Assembly: GCA_044892505.1 (NCBI GenBank)
Contig: CM097883.1
Coordinates: forward strand, 376,030,001 to 376,094,000
Reading direction: 5' to 3'
Source: Schmidtea nova
Lineage: Eukaryota
DNA length: 64,000 bases
The notes under the pieces were generated by a model. That model was not told the origin of the DNA. It was given only the letters and a program-made list of their open reading frames with translations, and made no database searches. Both the position numbers and the translations under genes were made by a program. Each line of letters opens with the position of its first letter. The stretch's first letter is position 1. Below are positions 24,846-37,083 of this stretch, one piece after another.

Positions 24846-25497
24846 CTGATACGTCTGATCCACTGCCAGTTTCACTAACACCAAGACATGAAACTAAATC
24901 ACCAGAAATTGTCGGCTCTAGAAATTCTTTTTTCAATTTATCACTACCAAATCTGATTATAAAATTGGATTAAAATTGAAAATGTGAATGTTATTCCCGC
25001 CACCATCACCTGATCAGAGAAGGTGTGGTCAGAGACATCTGTACCCCGATGCACATCCCGATGCCGCCACAGCGAATGGCTCCCAATTGCTCAGCAACAG
25101 CAATATTATATGTGTAATCCAGCCCAGATCCGCCATATTCTGCACATTAGTTTAATTATAATTGGATGTTTTATTTTGTTGTTGCTATTACCAATCGGTT
25201 TATCTATGCCGATTATGCCAGCTTTGCCTAAAATTTGTAATACTTTTTTCGCGGGAAACGCTTTTTCTTTTTCCCATTCTTCAACAAATGGATTTATATC
25301 TTTGTCGATTATCTAACCAATTGAATAATAATTATTATTACCAATGTAATTTTTTAAACTTTTTTTAATGTATTTTGAATTTCTAAATGTTCATTTTTAT
25401 AAATTATATTGGGATAATTGAAAAATAAACTATAAGACTTTTGGATTAATTTCAAACAATTAATTTGCTTAAAAATTATCTTAGGTAAAAATGGCAT
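24846..25497 (-). CDS. Mitochondrial acyl-CoA dehydrogenase (ACAD, LCAD/acdh-6-like) exons 1-4
   Basis: Exons 25497-25360, 25312-25192, 25139-25010, 24952-24846 with GT-AG introns of 47, 52 and 57 bp splice to MPFLPK...EHLEIQNTLKKIIDKDINPFVEEWEK...EYGGSGLDY...RFGSDKLKKEFL..GVSETGSGSDVS, in phase with the exon at 17501. Confidence 0.92.
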
Positions 25498-25829
25498 AAT
25501 TAATTATATAAAAAAGTTTATAAATAAAGATTAATTCGAAAAATAATTATTAATTGTTAGTCCAATAAATTAGGATAAAAAAAAAAATTATTTGAATTTC
25601 ATGTGGCTTATCGAAATAATATAAACAAATATTATTTTTATAATTATATTTGAAGATTGTTTTATTTTAAAAATTTTAATTTATGAAGTTTTATTTAAAA
25701 TTTCTTTTAAATTTGAGACGATATGGTTTAATTTAATTGATTGATTTTCAAAATTTATATTTTATGTAATTTAAAAAATGGTGGTTTTATGCTTATATTT
25801 CTGAAAATAATACAATTTTTTGACTTTAA

Positions 25830-26060
25830 CCCTTAAATGCATGATTATTCCAAAACGACACATTTGGACCAAACGAGTTTTTTAAATGCCATTTTCATGC
25901 GTACAGAGACATCTACTCGAATAATTAAAATAAACACGATGGCTAGGCGTATTGTTACACTTACGCAACACTATGCATTGCAGTTCATTTATTGCATGTA
26001 TACTGAGTTATAAGTGCTTAAATAAATTGTTTCAGATATGCAACAGAATACATTTAAAGG
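25830..26060. mobile_element. piggyBac-type MITE (231 bp)
   Basis: TTAA|CCCTTAAATGCAT ... ATACATTTAAAGG|TTAA. Confidence 0.75.
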
Positions 26061-27029
26061 TTAATTTAAATAACCCAAAGTAATAGAGTAAAATCATAAC
26101 ACAAAAGAATCATTAAACACGATAAATTAAGATAATAAAACGCAAGAGTTACAAGAACGAATATAATAGACATACAAACAGAATTTCATAAATATATCAA
26201 GATACAGAAAAACGGAAGAAATTTAACGCGGTTAATTCTGGCTCAGATTGTGAGCCTAATCATGTTTTAGTGTTTGCGTGAGTGTGTTTGTTTGTTTTTC
26301 TTTTATTGGTTGGTAGTTTTTTTGATCGATAGTATGCGAATGTTTGCAAATTAAGTTTAGCTTTTTTGGTAAATTCTGATTGGCTCCCAAAAATGGTCTT
26401 TTGAAATTGAGTTTGCCTGCATTTTTCGTGGAAGATTAGTTTTGTGTGTTTCTCAAACAATGTTTTTTAAAATTTTTTTTGTTTTAAAAGTGAAAAATGT
26501 TGGGCAAACACAAGACTCAGTCAATTTTTGTTTAATTACAGCTAGAAAATAGCATGTAAAAATCGCGCACGAAGTGAATTTAACGTGTAAACAAAGAATA
26601 TCAAATAAACAAAATTAATAATAACAACACATGTTAGATATAGGAAGAATAACAGAAACGTGTAACATATGTTATATACGTGACTTAGTAAGTTCAAAGT
26701 AAACGTAAAAGTAAAGAAATGAACAACATATGATGATGCTGAAGACAGGCAAATGCCCAACAAATTATTAGTGATTCAAGTTTGTATTGAATATTTTTCG
26801 TAAAACTGTATATTTGAAAAAAAATTAAGTTATTTCGAAAAAGTATTTTTATGTTAATTAATTTTGTTTTAAAATTATTTGGAAAATGGTATTTGGAATA
26901 TTGTTATTATTTCATTTGATATATTTGAAAATATTTTAATTAAAAGAAATAAATAATAATAATTATAATTATAATAATAATTATAATAATTGGGTACTAC
27001 ATTTGGGTACTACATTTGGGTACTACATT

Positions 27030-29750
27030 TTCTCCTTTCACACTATTTGACATTATTAAACATCAAACACATATTACACCGCTAACAACCTACCCATAAG
27101 AACTGGTGTCAGAAGAGAAAAAATCAGAATACACACTCGCAGAATTTTTGTTCGTTTCAATCACTACGCCTTTTAGAATAGCTATAGATAGAGCTATAAA
27201 GGATAGTTGACTCTGTTAGCTGAACACAGTAGGCTATATTCTTAAAAACAAACTCATTTTTTTACATCAACAAATAATTAAAAGCAACAACAAAAGAAAC
27301 TAAATGGAATCAAATCAAACAAACCCAAACTATTCACAAACACCATTTGACCCGACAACCACAATACCATAAACTCAATCATTAATCCTAAGGCAAACAT
27401 TATCAATTTTTTTACCGATGAAAACGGAACCCCGCAAAAATGGTTAGAGCTCTCCAAGTTGACATTGAATCTATCAAGAATCAAGTCATCAAAAACACTA
27501 TGCGACCACATAATCGCTGCATTGACAAGCAACATACTAAACGAAATTGGCGACAGGATAGAAGAAATAGGAAAAAAATGATGACCCCTTCGAGATATTG
27601 TACTCAACCTTAATAAATAGAAATAAGGTAAACAGGAGGGAAGTATTAGAATCTTGCCTAAAAGACATTCAGCTAGGAAACGTCAAACCTAGCGAATTTT
27701 TAAGGAACCTTTAAGCAAAACTGGAATTCCTACAACCCAAAATAACAAGCTCGGGTTCAAGTGAATTCGTAAAGGACTTATTTATGAGGGCAATGCCACA
27801 AGAAATCAGACGCATTTTGGCCGCAAGCAACTGTACAAACCTTGAGACGATTGCCGAAATAGCTGATAAAATAAACGACGAAATATACCCAACAATCTGT
27901 AAAACATACAGAAATCAAAATCCGGGACAAAACAGACGAGAAATCAGTCAAGAACAAGAGAACCCCAACAATGAAACTAACAAACTACTGAATTCATTAA
28001 TAAAAAAGTCGACAAAGTCATAACAGAGAACAAAACCCTTCGAAATGATCTGTAAGAAGCACAAACGAAAGAAGCAAGAAAAAACCAACACAAACAAAAT
28101 TACCAAAATAATTACTCCCAACAAAAACTAAACTTCAACAACCATTACAACAATTCAAACAATTCAAACAACAACAACAAGCAAAACCTCAACTGGTGTT
28201 ACTACCATAACAGATTCGGGGAAAAGCTTTTAAGTGTAACACCCCTTGCACTTTCCACCACTAAAATCCGGAAAACAATTAAAGTCACCAATGACAGCAC
28301 CAACATTTGGTGACTACGAAACATTCACGGTGCAAAGCAACAATATAAACTTTCTTGTTGATTCTGGTTCAATTATTAGTTTGTTACCAAGTTATTTATT
28401 CCAATTCTTAAAAGAAGGAAACTACAACCTGTGCGCAGCAAATGGCAGCAACATCAAAACTTACGGCAAACAACAATTAACCATTAACATAAACAAAACC
28501 AACTATAATTGGGAATTCATCATTGCTGACGTGAAACAGGCAATCTTAGGAGCCGATTTCCTGACGAAATACAATTTTGCTGGTGGACTGCCGAAATAAA
28601 AGAATTTTACAAAATAATTCCGAAACAGAAAAATACTCAAACGACAAAACTAATTACAAAAGCTCAAACAACCAACCAAATTGCGATATCGGAGTAATAA
28701 CCACAAACAAAACCAATACACAACCAAAATACATACAAACCGTAAATATAAAAAACTACGATAAAACAAACACAAACAGTCCAATACCAAAAGAAATCAT
28801 GAACTTACTCGAAAATTACCCTACAATCTCTGACAAACTAACAGCAGAAAAGACAAACAAATATATAACAGAACACGCGATCATAACAGACGGAAACCCA
28901 GTCCATGCCAAAGTCAGGCAATTAGAGAACACAAAACTCACAATAACAAAAAAGATATTCAACGAACTATTAGAAAACAAAATCATCCAACATTCAGACT
29001 CAAACTAGTCATCCGCACTGATGTTTAAAGAAAAAGCAAATGGCGAATGGAGAGCATGTGGAGACTACAGAGCATTAAACAACATTACAATACCCGATGA
29101 ATATCCAATACCAATAATCAACGACGTAATCAACAGGATATACAACCCAAAATATTTCAGCAAGACTGATCTACAAAAGGCATACCACCAAATTCCAGTA
29201 CGCGAAGAAGACATCAAAAAGATGGCAATAATCACACCGATCGGCTTATTCGAATACAACCGAATGCCTTTCGGCCTAAAAAACGCAGCCGCAGCCTTTC
29301 AAAGGTTCATGGACCAAATTCTGAGAAATCACAGAAACACAGTGGCATACTTAGACGATATCTTGATCGCATCAACAAATAGGAACGAACACTTACAAGA
29401 CATCAAAGAAGTCCTCGAAACCCTCAACAACCACAAGCTAAAGATTAATATAAAAAAATGTGAATTTTTAAAACACGAGGTAAAATTTCTCGGACACATC
29501 CTAAACGAAAACGGAACAAGACCACTAAATGACAAAATAAAAGCAATTAAAGAATTTCCACTTCCCAAAACAACAAGAGAATTGAGACGTTTTCTAGGCA
29601 TGATAAATTTCTACCACAAGCACATCCCAAAATGCAGCGAAATCCTCGCACCACTAAATGAACTAAACAAAACAAAGAGAAATATCAAAATCAACTGGAA
29701 CAAAGAACTAGAAATGGCTTTCGATAAAGCAAAAGAAAATTTCAAAAAAT
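27030..29750 (+). mobile_element. 3'-truncated Ty3/Gypsy element (CsRN1/Kabuki-like gag)
   Basis: PBS TGGTGTCAGAAG at 27104-27115 (tRNA-Leu type); gag with WCYYHNRFGEKAFKC; protease LVDSGS; RT YLDDILIAS; breaks off before RNase H. Confidence 0.88.
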
Positions 29751-29824
29751 TTCGAAAAAAAATTAAAGCCTCGAAACCAAAACAACGCAACTTCGAAAAT
29801 CTAACGACACACAGTGAAAATTAG
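29021..29824 (+). pseudogene. pol: Reverse transcriptase of the Gypsy element
   Basis: WRACGDYRALN, DLQKAYHQIPV, MPFGLKNA, YLDD, FLGMINFYHK. Confidence 0.9.
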
Positions 29825-29934
29825 TACTAATTCAGCAGCGACGCAATTTCGAAAAAACGCAAAACGAAATGACGCAAAGCGAGGTATTGGTGTATATTTG
29901 ATGCGCCTTTGTTCAGTTTAATTTTTGGCTTGTA

Positions 29935-30870
29935 TTTATTGGGTCAGTATTTTATTTATTTGGTCAGTATTTTTTTTAATAATTGGTCGGTATTTTATTA
30001 AATAAAATATCAGTATAAAATAATATTTTGGTCGGTATAAATAATTAAGTGTCAGTATATTATCCTGGCTGATAACAGTATAAATAATAAATATTAATAA
30101 AATTAATTACTTTCTTAAATTTTGAATTTTATTCTAATTTATGGCTTGTATTTATTGGGTCAGTATTATTTGGTATTATTTNNNNNNNNNNNNNNNNNNN
30201 NNNNNNNNNNNNNNNNNNNNNNNNNNNNNNNNNNNNNNNNNNNNNNNNNNNNNNNNNNNNNNNNNNNNNNNNNNNNNNNNNNNNNNNNNNNNNNNNNNNN
30301 NNNNNNNNNNNNNNNNNNNNNNNNNNNNNNNNNNNNNNNNNNNNNNNNNNNNNNNNNNNNNNNNNNNNNNNNNNNNNNNNNNNNNNNNNNNNNNNNNNNN
30401 NNNNNNNNNNNNNNNNNNNNNNNNNNNNNNNNNNNNNNNNNNNNNNNNNNNNNNNNNNNNNNNNNNNNNNNNNNNNNNNNNNNNNNNNNNNNNNNNNNNN
30501 NNNNNNNNNNNNNNNNNNNNNNNNNNNNNNNNNNNNNNNNNNNNNNNNNNNNNNNNNNNNNNNNNNNNNNNNNNNNNNNNNNNNNNNNNNNNNNNNNNNN
30601 NNNNNNAATATACTGACACTTAATTATTTATTAAATATTTATAATTATTATTAATTATTATTAATTATTATTAATTATTATTAATTATTTATAATTATTA
30701 AAAATACTGACCAAATAAATAAACCCCATCATTTTATTTTATACTGATATTTTATTTAATAAAATACCGACCAATTATTAAAAAAAATACTGACCAAATA
30801 AATAAACCCCTTAAATACTGACCAATTATTAAAAAAAATACTGACCAAATAAATAAACCCCTTAATTTTT
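29935..30870. mobile_element. Foldback-like element with modular inverted arms spanning an N gap
   Basis: 29950-30020 is the reverse complement of 30733-30810; internal TACTGACCAAATAAATAAA modules. Confidence 0.65.
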
Positions 30871-32369
30871 AAACGTGTTTTATTTAATTTTCCGATGTTT
30901 TCTGTTATTACCTTGTTTGATTGGTGTTCTTCATGATAGATTTAAAATTCACTTCTTGCTTAAAATTCACTCTCTACATGCTGTGTTATTTCTTTAGTAA
31001 AACAAATTCCAGTTTTTGCCAAACTATATCAAATTTCTAATTATTTGGTCACGATAAATATTTATTTGTGTGTATACAATTCTTTTTATTTAATAAAATT
31101 TTCTCGAACCAGTATTTGTCATATTTATTTATATCGAACATTAAGTTGAGTAAAACACCCAAAACTCAACACAAGAATAAACATTACAGAAAAGGAATAA
31201 ACAATTATAGAATTAACGTATATATGGACTGAACTGATATCAAAAATGCGATATCAATGACAATTAATTGACAATTTTTTGATGTCAACAATATTATGAT
31301 ACTGACAATAAACTGAATTTATAATTTATGTTTTTGTCATTTAATTTAATACTTGGGTTTAATTTGTTTTGTTAAATAATTAATGGGAAAACAATGTACA
31401 TAATATTCAAAGCGAAAGCTCAGATACAAAAGGGTAAAATATTCAAATATAGAATAATAAAAGCATAGAGTCATCAGACACTAGAAGTAACATAACCTAC
31501 TACTGCTGAAACAAGACAATAAATATATAAGCAACAGGCTCGAATCATTTTATCAGAGTATAAATTTCTTTGCAACTATGTTTAGGAATAAGATTACGAA
31601 CCAAATGAGAACAAATCTTTCATTGGAGAAAGTCTCGATGCGGATAATGAGCACGCTCATTTATATATTCGAGTTTCGAAGATGTTTTGGGATCTAGGCC
31701 TTGTGGTCATTCTGGAAGACGAAACAGGATATTCCATTTCAGTAGATAGTATTAACTCCAGCCCTCTTCCCAGAATAGTCATCTTAAAACGGGAATCTAC
31801 AGACAAGGAAACACCAGCAACTGTAAATGAACAAGCCGAACGGAACGAAAATCTGAGGATGAATCAGCCACTACAAGAGGTTGGAGATGGCTCACACGGA
31901 AGCAAAATGACAGCCACAGGTCCTTCCGGCAAACGTAAAAATAAACTGAGCAGCACCGACAGCGTCCTTGGCACCGCAATCTACACACATGAAAATGGAT
32001 GAATCAAATCCAGAAGGTTCAGTGACAAGAGGAAAATGACAATGAGTTAAAGAGAAGTTTTTAACGAATAACTAAATGACGAACAGTGGGGAAGAATCTT
32101 TTTTTCTGATAAAAAAGTTTTACTCTGAGTGTCCTTTAATTTTATTTCAATAATATTATAGTAAGTGGCAAGAAAGTTTTGTTTGAATCGCAGCATCGAA
32201 AAAGAGATTTTCTCAAAAAAAAACAATATTGAGTTATTTTAATTTTAGATGAACTACTAGAAGCCAAACAAGGTAGGGGAAATAAACGACGATATTCAAC
32301 TCAGATATTAGGCAGAGCGAAGACCTAACAGTTTATTGTGTTTGGCAAATAATTGATAATAAAATAATT

Positions 32370-32860
32370 GACAATAAACTTGACATGCGCAAAGCCGGTT
32401 TTACAGGAGATTATAGATGGGCCGTGTACCCATATATCGTTTCTTATATTCAGTATGGAGCAGGACGACAATTATGCTATTAATGAAGTTCAATTGAAGA
32501 GCGTCATTCTTATTTTGAAATATTCAATCGAACACGATATCATCACAGTTTGGGATGATACAGAAAAGATTTGGCGAAGAACATATATTCTCGTTGAACG
32601 AAGCTCCAATCAAACCAAAAATATTCAGAGAAAAGATTACTCAAATAATATTTGTAACTGTCAATGCTTCAACTATCTATGTTTCTATTCAAGCTGTGCT
32701 GTCATTTATGCTTCTCGAAGAACATCTGATATTAATTTAGATTCCGGAGACGGTGTAACCCATTCAGTTCTTTTTATGAAGGATTTGTATTACCTCCTGC
32801 TATTGGTCGAATTGACCGATAGGAACTTTTTATACCTTCTACCCATTTCATATCCATTGA
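32370..32860 (+). pseudogene. act: Decayed intronless actin fragment (N-terminal ~190 aa)
   Basis: [70 protein letters not shown]. Confidence 0.88.
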
Positions 32861-33506
32861 CCGACCAGAAACACCAATCATTCGGCCTCTAAATGCACGC
32901 CCATGCATTAACTAATTTGTTGTAGCATGCATGTATTTTCTTAAAGTTTTAAATTTACTATTTTTAGTAAGAGATTTCTAAGTTGCGCATATGTAGTGGT
33001 CTAAAAGGTCGATATTGAAGCTTTTCTCAAAATATTAAAGGAACATGGTCTGCCTCAAACTTTCACTTTATTCAGGGCTATTAGATTTTCAACAGTTCAT
33101 TTTAATGACGAGTTAACTCCAAAACAATCAAGGCACTAATAATTGAAGCTACAGAATGGTCTTGAAATCATGTATATTGAAAATCGAACTTATCATGATA
33201 TATTTTCTCAATTATCTTAAAATTAAGAAAATTCAAGTCAAAGAAATTTATGCAATTTAACCATAAATATTTTTCTCAAAATTTTGTATATCTTATGGAC
33301 TAACTTCTCTGGTTATGGTATTACCAGATTTAACATTTAAAATGATATAATTTTGTTTATGAATTACTTTAAAAAATAAGTAATATTGCATTATTTTTTT
33401 TCGAGGATTTAAAAATTGTAATTATTTTTTTGAGGGGAATTTTGTTGGAACAAATACATTTTTTTTGAATTATCCAATTTTTGAATATATAAATTGAATT
33501 AAGAAA

Positions 33507-34082
33507 ATGGACAAAAAGATTGTCAATTTGAAATTAGCTCTATGTCTAGCTGCTGCTGCATTTCTTTTCAACTTAGTAGCATTCGTTTCACCATGCTGGA
33601 TGATAGCTAGACCAGAACATCCTAGCCAATTTGTTAGACTAGGTTTATGGATAGCTTGTTTCGATAATTATATACACCCAGAAGATTGTGTTCCCAAAAT
33701 GTATAAAGGCTGTTGGTATGTCTACTGGCCTGAATATGACTATATTCGTGATTGTTTAAATCCTCCTTGGTCTAATGGAGTTCAAATGAGGTCATCACTA
33801 TCACTACTTTGTAACGGATTAGCTTTGATCGCCGATGATACGAGCTGGGATTTTCCGCATTTACAGGAAATTCTCAATGACAAAGATGATGTCAAACATA
33901 TTTGGCCAGAGCAATTGCTATTATCATGTCTCAGAGTCCTAGCGTTACGCAGTAATGGATTACACAATGAAGCTGTTAATCTTGCCTTATCAATTTGTCG
34001 ATATCTAATTGGTCAACGTCCGCAAATCACTACACAATCTCGGCAAACCAAAGCTATTGAGCCGACTACGCCGGCTAATTAG
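33507..34082 (+). CDS. Chimeric ORF: invertebrate claudin-like N-terminus fused to a ZSWIM4/5/6-like fragment
   Basis: FVSPCW..RLGLWIACF..HP..YKGCWYVYWPEYDYIRDCLNPPW (pickel/sinuous-type claudin), then HLQEIL..WPEQLLLSCLRVLALRSNGLHNEAVNLALSI (cf. [31 protein letters not shown]). Confidence 0.65.
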   Translation: MDKKIVNLKLALCLAAAAFLFNLVAFVSPCWMIARPEHPSQFVRLGLWIACFDNYIHPEDCVPKMYKGCWYVYWPEYDYIRDCLNPPWSNGVQMRSSLSLLCNGLALIADDTSWDFPHLQEILNDKDDVKHIWPEQLLLSCLRVLALRSNGLHNEAVNLALSICRYLIGQRPQITTQSRQTKAIEPTTPAN

Positions 34083-34747
34083 TCCTGTAGTTGTTGTCTG
34101 GATAATTCATCATCGATAGACTCTAAGTCAACTGCATATCATCATTCAATTGCCTCCTTTAAAAATACTTCAACTGTACTGATATTATGGAAAATAGTAA
34201 CGATTCCGAACGACAAACATGTCAGCTTCCTCCCCCAGAATCCTATATGAAATCGTCGGAAATTTCATCTATTGTTTTAATGTTTTCCTTCACCGATTCA
34301 TTAGTGTCTTCGCCACTTCCAACAAGTTATCCAACCATTAAAAATGTCACAATAACCTCAAATAAATCATCTTCTACCTCTACATGTTTTATGCACTCGT
34401 GCTCGCCACTGTGGTTGTCCTCGTCTAAACCTCAATGTGCCTCACCAATGTGCCAATAAATAAATTGTAATATTTCATTTGGAATTTTACTTGTTTTTTT
34501 TAGTTTTAATACTAAAAACATTTATCTTCCTTTTATACTTTATTTTCTTCCAAAATTTGGTTTTATAACAGAAAAATAACATTTGGTGAAAATGTCTCTG
34601 TCTGCTTTTCATTTTTATTTTCTTTAAATTGCTTGTATTTATAGTTAATTAATGTGCATACTTATAAATGACCCATTCAAGCTTGATAGGCCGGAACTGT
34701 GGCAAAAAATTATTTTGTATTTAATTCATTGGTGTTACACCTTAATT

Positions 34748-35560
34748 TGTTGGGGTTAGTATAAAAATCATAAAAGTAACAAGAAATAATAGTAAAAGCA
34801 AAGAAATATCGAAAACAAATAAAAGTGCAAAAATTAATTAAAATTTATCAAAACTTTTAAATTACTATTCATCGGGTGAAATGGGTATGGTTGAATGCCA
34901 AATCTAAAGACAAACCCAAAAATAATAATAGAAATTTAGTAAGGCGTCCCCAGAGAAAATTATAGAGTAAAAACAAACTAATTAAAATTAATTAATCACT
35001 CAATGGAAAGCCCGAGGCAATTGGAAACTTGAGCGATGAAGGAAATCCGAGCGCAGTAGAGACCCGTAAGATCAAAGTCGGGAGATTTGGCCATAGCAAT
35101 TAGGGAGAATCTACCCGAGCGCAAACATTGTTGATGAACCAATTAAGCCAGAGATTGGATAATTTTTTGGTTGTCGATTAAATTTAATTGCCATTTGTAT
35201 TATGTATGAAAGGCAGCGCAATGTAAAGGATGAGGCCGAAAAACCGAGAATAACGGACAGAAAGTTATTGAAATTAACGAAGAGAAAGAATAGAGAAATT
35301 TCAGAATTCGAAAAAGACAATAAACAAAGTGAGAAAATATATTTTGTAACCGTCCTAACGTGAGGATCAAATCCGATTAAGAAAGAAAGTGCAAATTGTC
35401 GAGAGTGTAAATCCTATTGATTAAAACAAGTTGGGATAAATTGTAATTTGTGGTGATCATCAAATAAATTGTTCTGTGTTGTGTTTTATTGATTTTCCAT
35501 AATTAAAGGACACGAGGAGTCAGGCCTTTGAACCAATCTTATCACTTTCACTTCAGCCAT
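34748..35560 (+). repeat. LTR-like sequence, 3' end uncertain
   Basis: TGTTGGGG start; similarity to 20400-20540; AATAAA at 35463 and GGAGTCAG at 35516. Confidence 0.6.
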
Positions 35561-35699
35561 TATTTCGGGAAAATTGAGGAAAATTGAATAATTAGATGTT
35601 TGGCATGAAATTCAGTCTAACAACCCACTGGGCACAGTCGTTTCATGCATCGTGGACATCGGATATCAAATTTGTGATAAACTACTACCTTCACAACAG

Positions 35700-35701
<2 letters not shown>

Positions 35702-35771
<70 letters not shown>
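35702..35771. repeat. (TA)n microsatellite
   Basis: Perfect run. Confidence 0.95.
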
Positions 35772-35775
<4 letters not shown>

Positions 35776-37083
35776 CTTGACCTATTTGGTGACTCAACTT
35801 CCGGTCCAACTAATTGCCCTGTGTCTGTAAGTAAGTAAGGTATATTTTGACTATTCATTTTTACATAGGCGGGTGCACTCGCGCTTGGTACACAAGTGAA
35901 AGGGTTAAACAACACAATAATAACCCAACTATGTTAATAATTATTATATGCCATTTGTTTTTAAATAAAGAAGAAGTCAGTTTATTTTTTTGTAGAATTT
36001 ATCTAGAACACTGCATGTTTGGCAACAAACTAAAAATAATAAAAAACCGTATGAACTCACCTGAGTGTCAATATTAAATAATGCAAAGTTTTACAAAAAA
36101 AATCTCTCAAAATTTTTCAATTTGATCTGGGTGCAGAAATATCATTATTATGATTCTGCTCTGATTTCATTCTTTCATATATTTACAAAAATGTTTTGTC
36201 AGTGTCTGTTACAAGGGGCCCAGAAACAATTTTTGTCACATACATTAAAATAAAGAAAATTCCAAAATATTAATTCAAATTTGAAAAATAATTTTTATAT
36301 TTAAATTAAACTAATTAAGGAACGGTTGGAGGGATATGCTATGTACGTTCGGAAAAACTTGTCAGTCCAGCACATTTTACAATTCGTTTCTTTTCCACAA
36401 TTTCCACTTGTTATTTATTATCACAACGATTACAAATTTAAACATAAACAATATTTTTGAATTTAATTAATAAATTTAATTCAATAATTAAAATTAATTA
36501 ATCATCAAATCTATAAGTTGGTAATTGTCTGAAAACTCCATTAAAGAAATCCGATTATATTACTATTTCGGCACTTCGGATTATCGATTTGTGAAATTAA
36601 TACGAAACAAAATATGATGTAACTTTTAATTGGATCAACAGCAACAATTTGCGGCCGGATTTCCGAAATTCGAATTCTTTAACAAATAATTCACAGAATT
36701 CAATTTAAATCAATTCATAAATACTTTTTTTTTAATTTTTATTCCAACAATTTTTTTCAATCTTTTCGTTGTATTTTCTCAACAGTAAAAATTAGAAAAA
36801 GAAAGTTTTTATATCTAATATTGAGATTTGACCAATAAATTTGTAACCGAAGATCTGATTTGTCTTTGTTATCGAACTGTCAAACAGACGGCAGCGAACT
36901 ATGGCACTGAACACACACAGATGCATGCAAACCAATTCTGTGGACACACTCGCACACATGCAATCAACACAGCCAATCCAAATGGTTGTAATCGCACAAA
37001 TACAAAATTTTCTTAAGACATCAGAAACAATCGTTCAATAAATTCAAATTCGACTCAAATTTCAAAAAAACGGTTTTCTTTGG

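Noticed and set aside
26991-27030. 3 x 14-bp TGGGTACTACATT(T) repeat as CRISPR or telomeric repeat
   Set aside because: No spacers, eukaryotic context; probably a local slippage duplication in an LTR remnant
30122-30623. ORF-track entries running through N gaps (also 23272-23528, 52994-53254, 53819-54098)
   Set aside because: Artefacts of translating N runs
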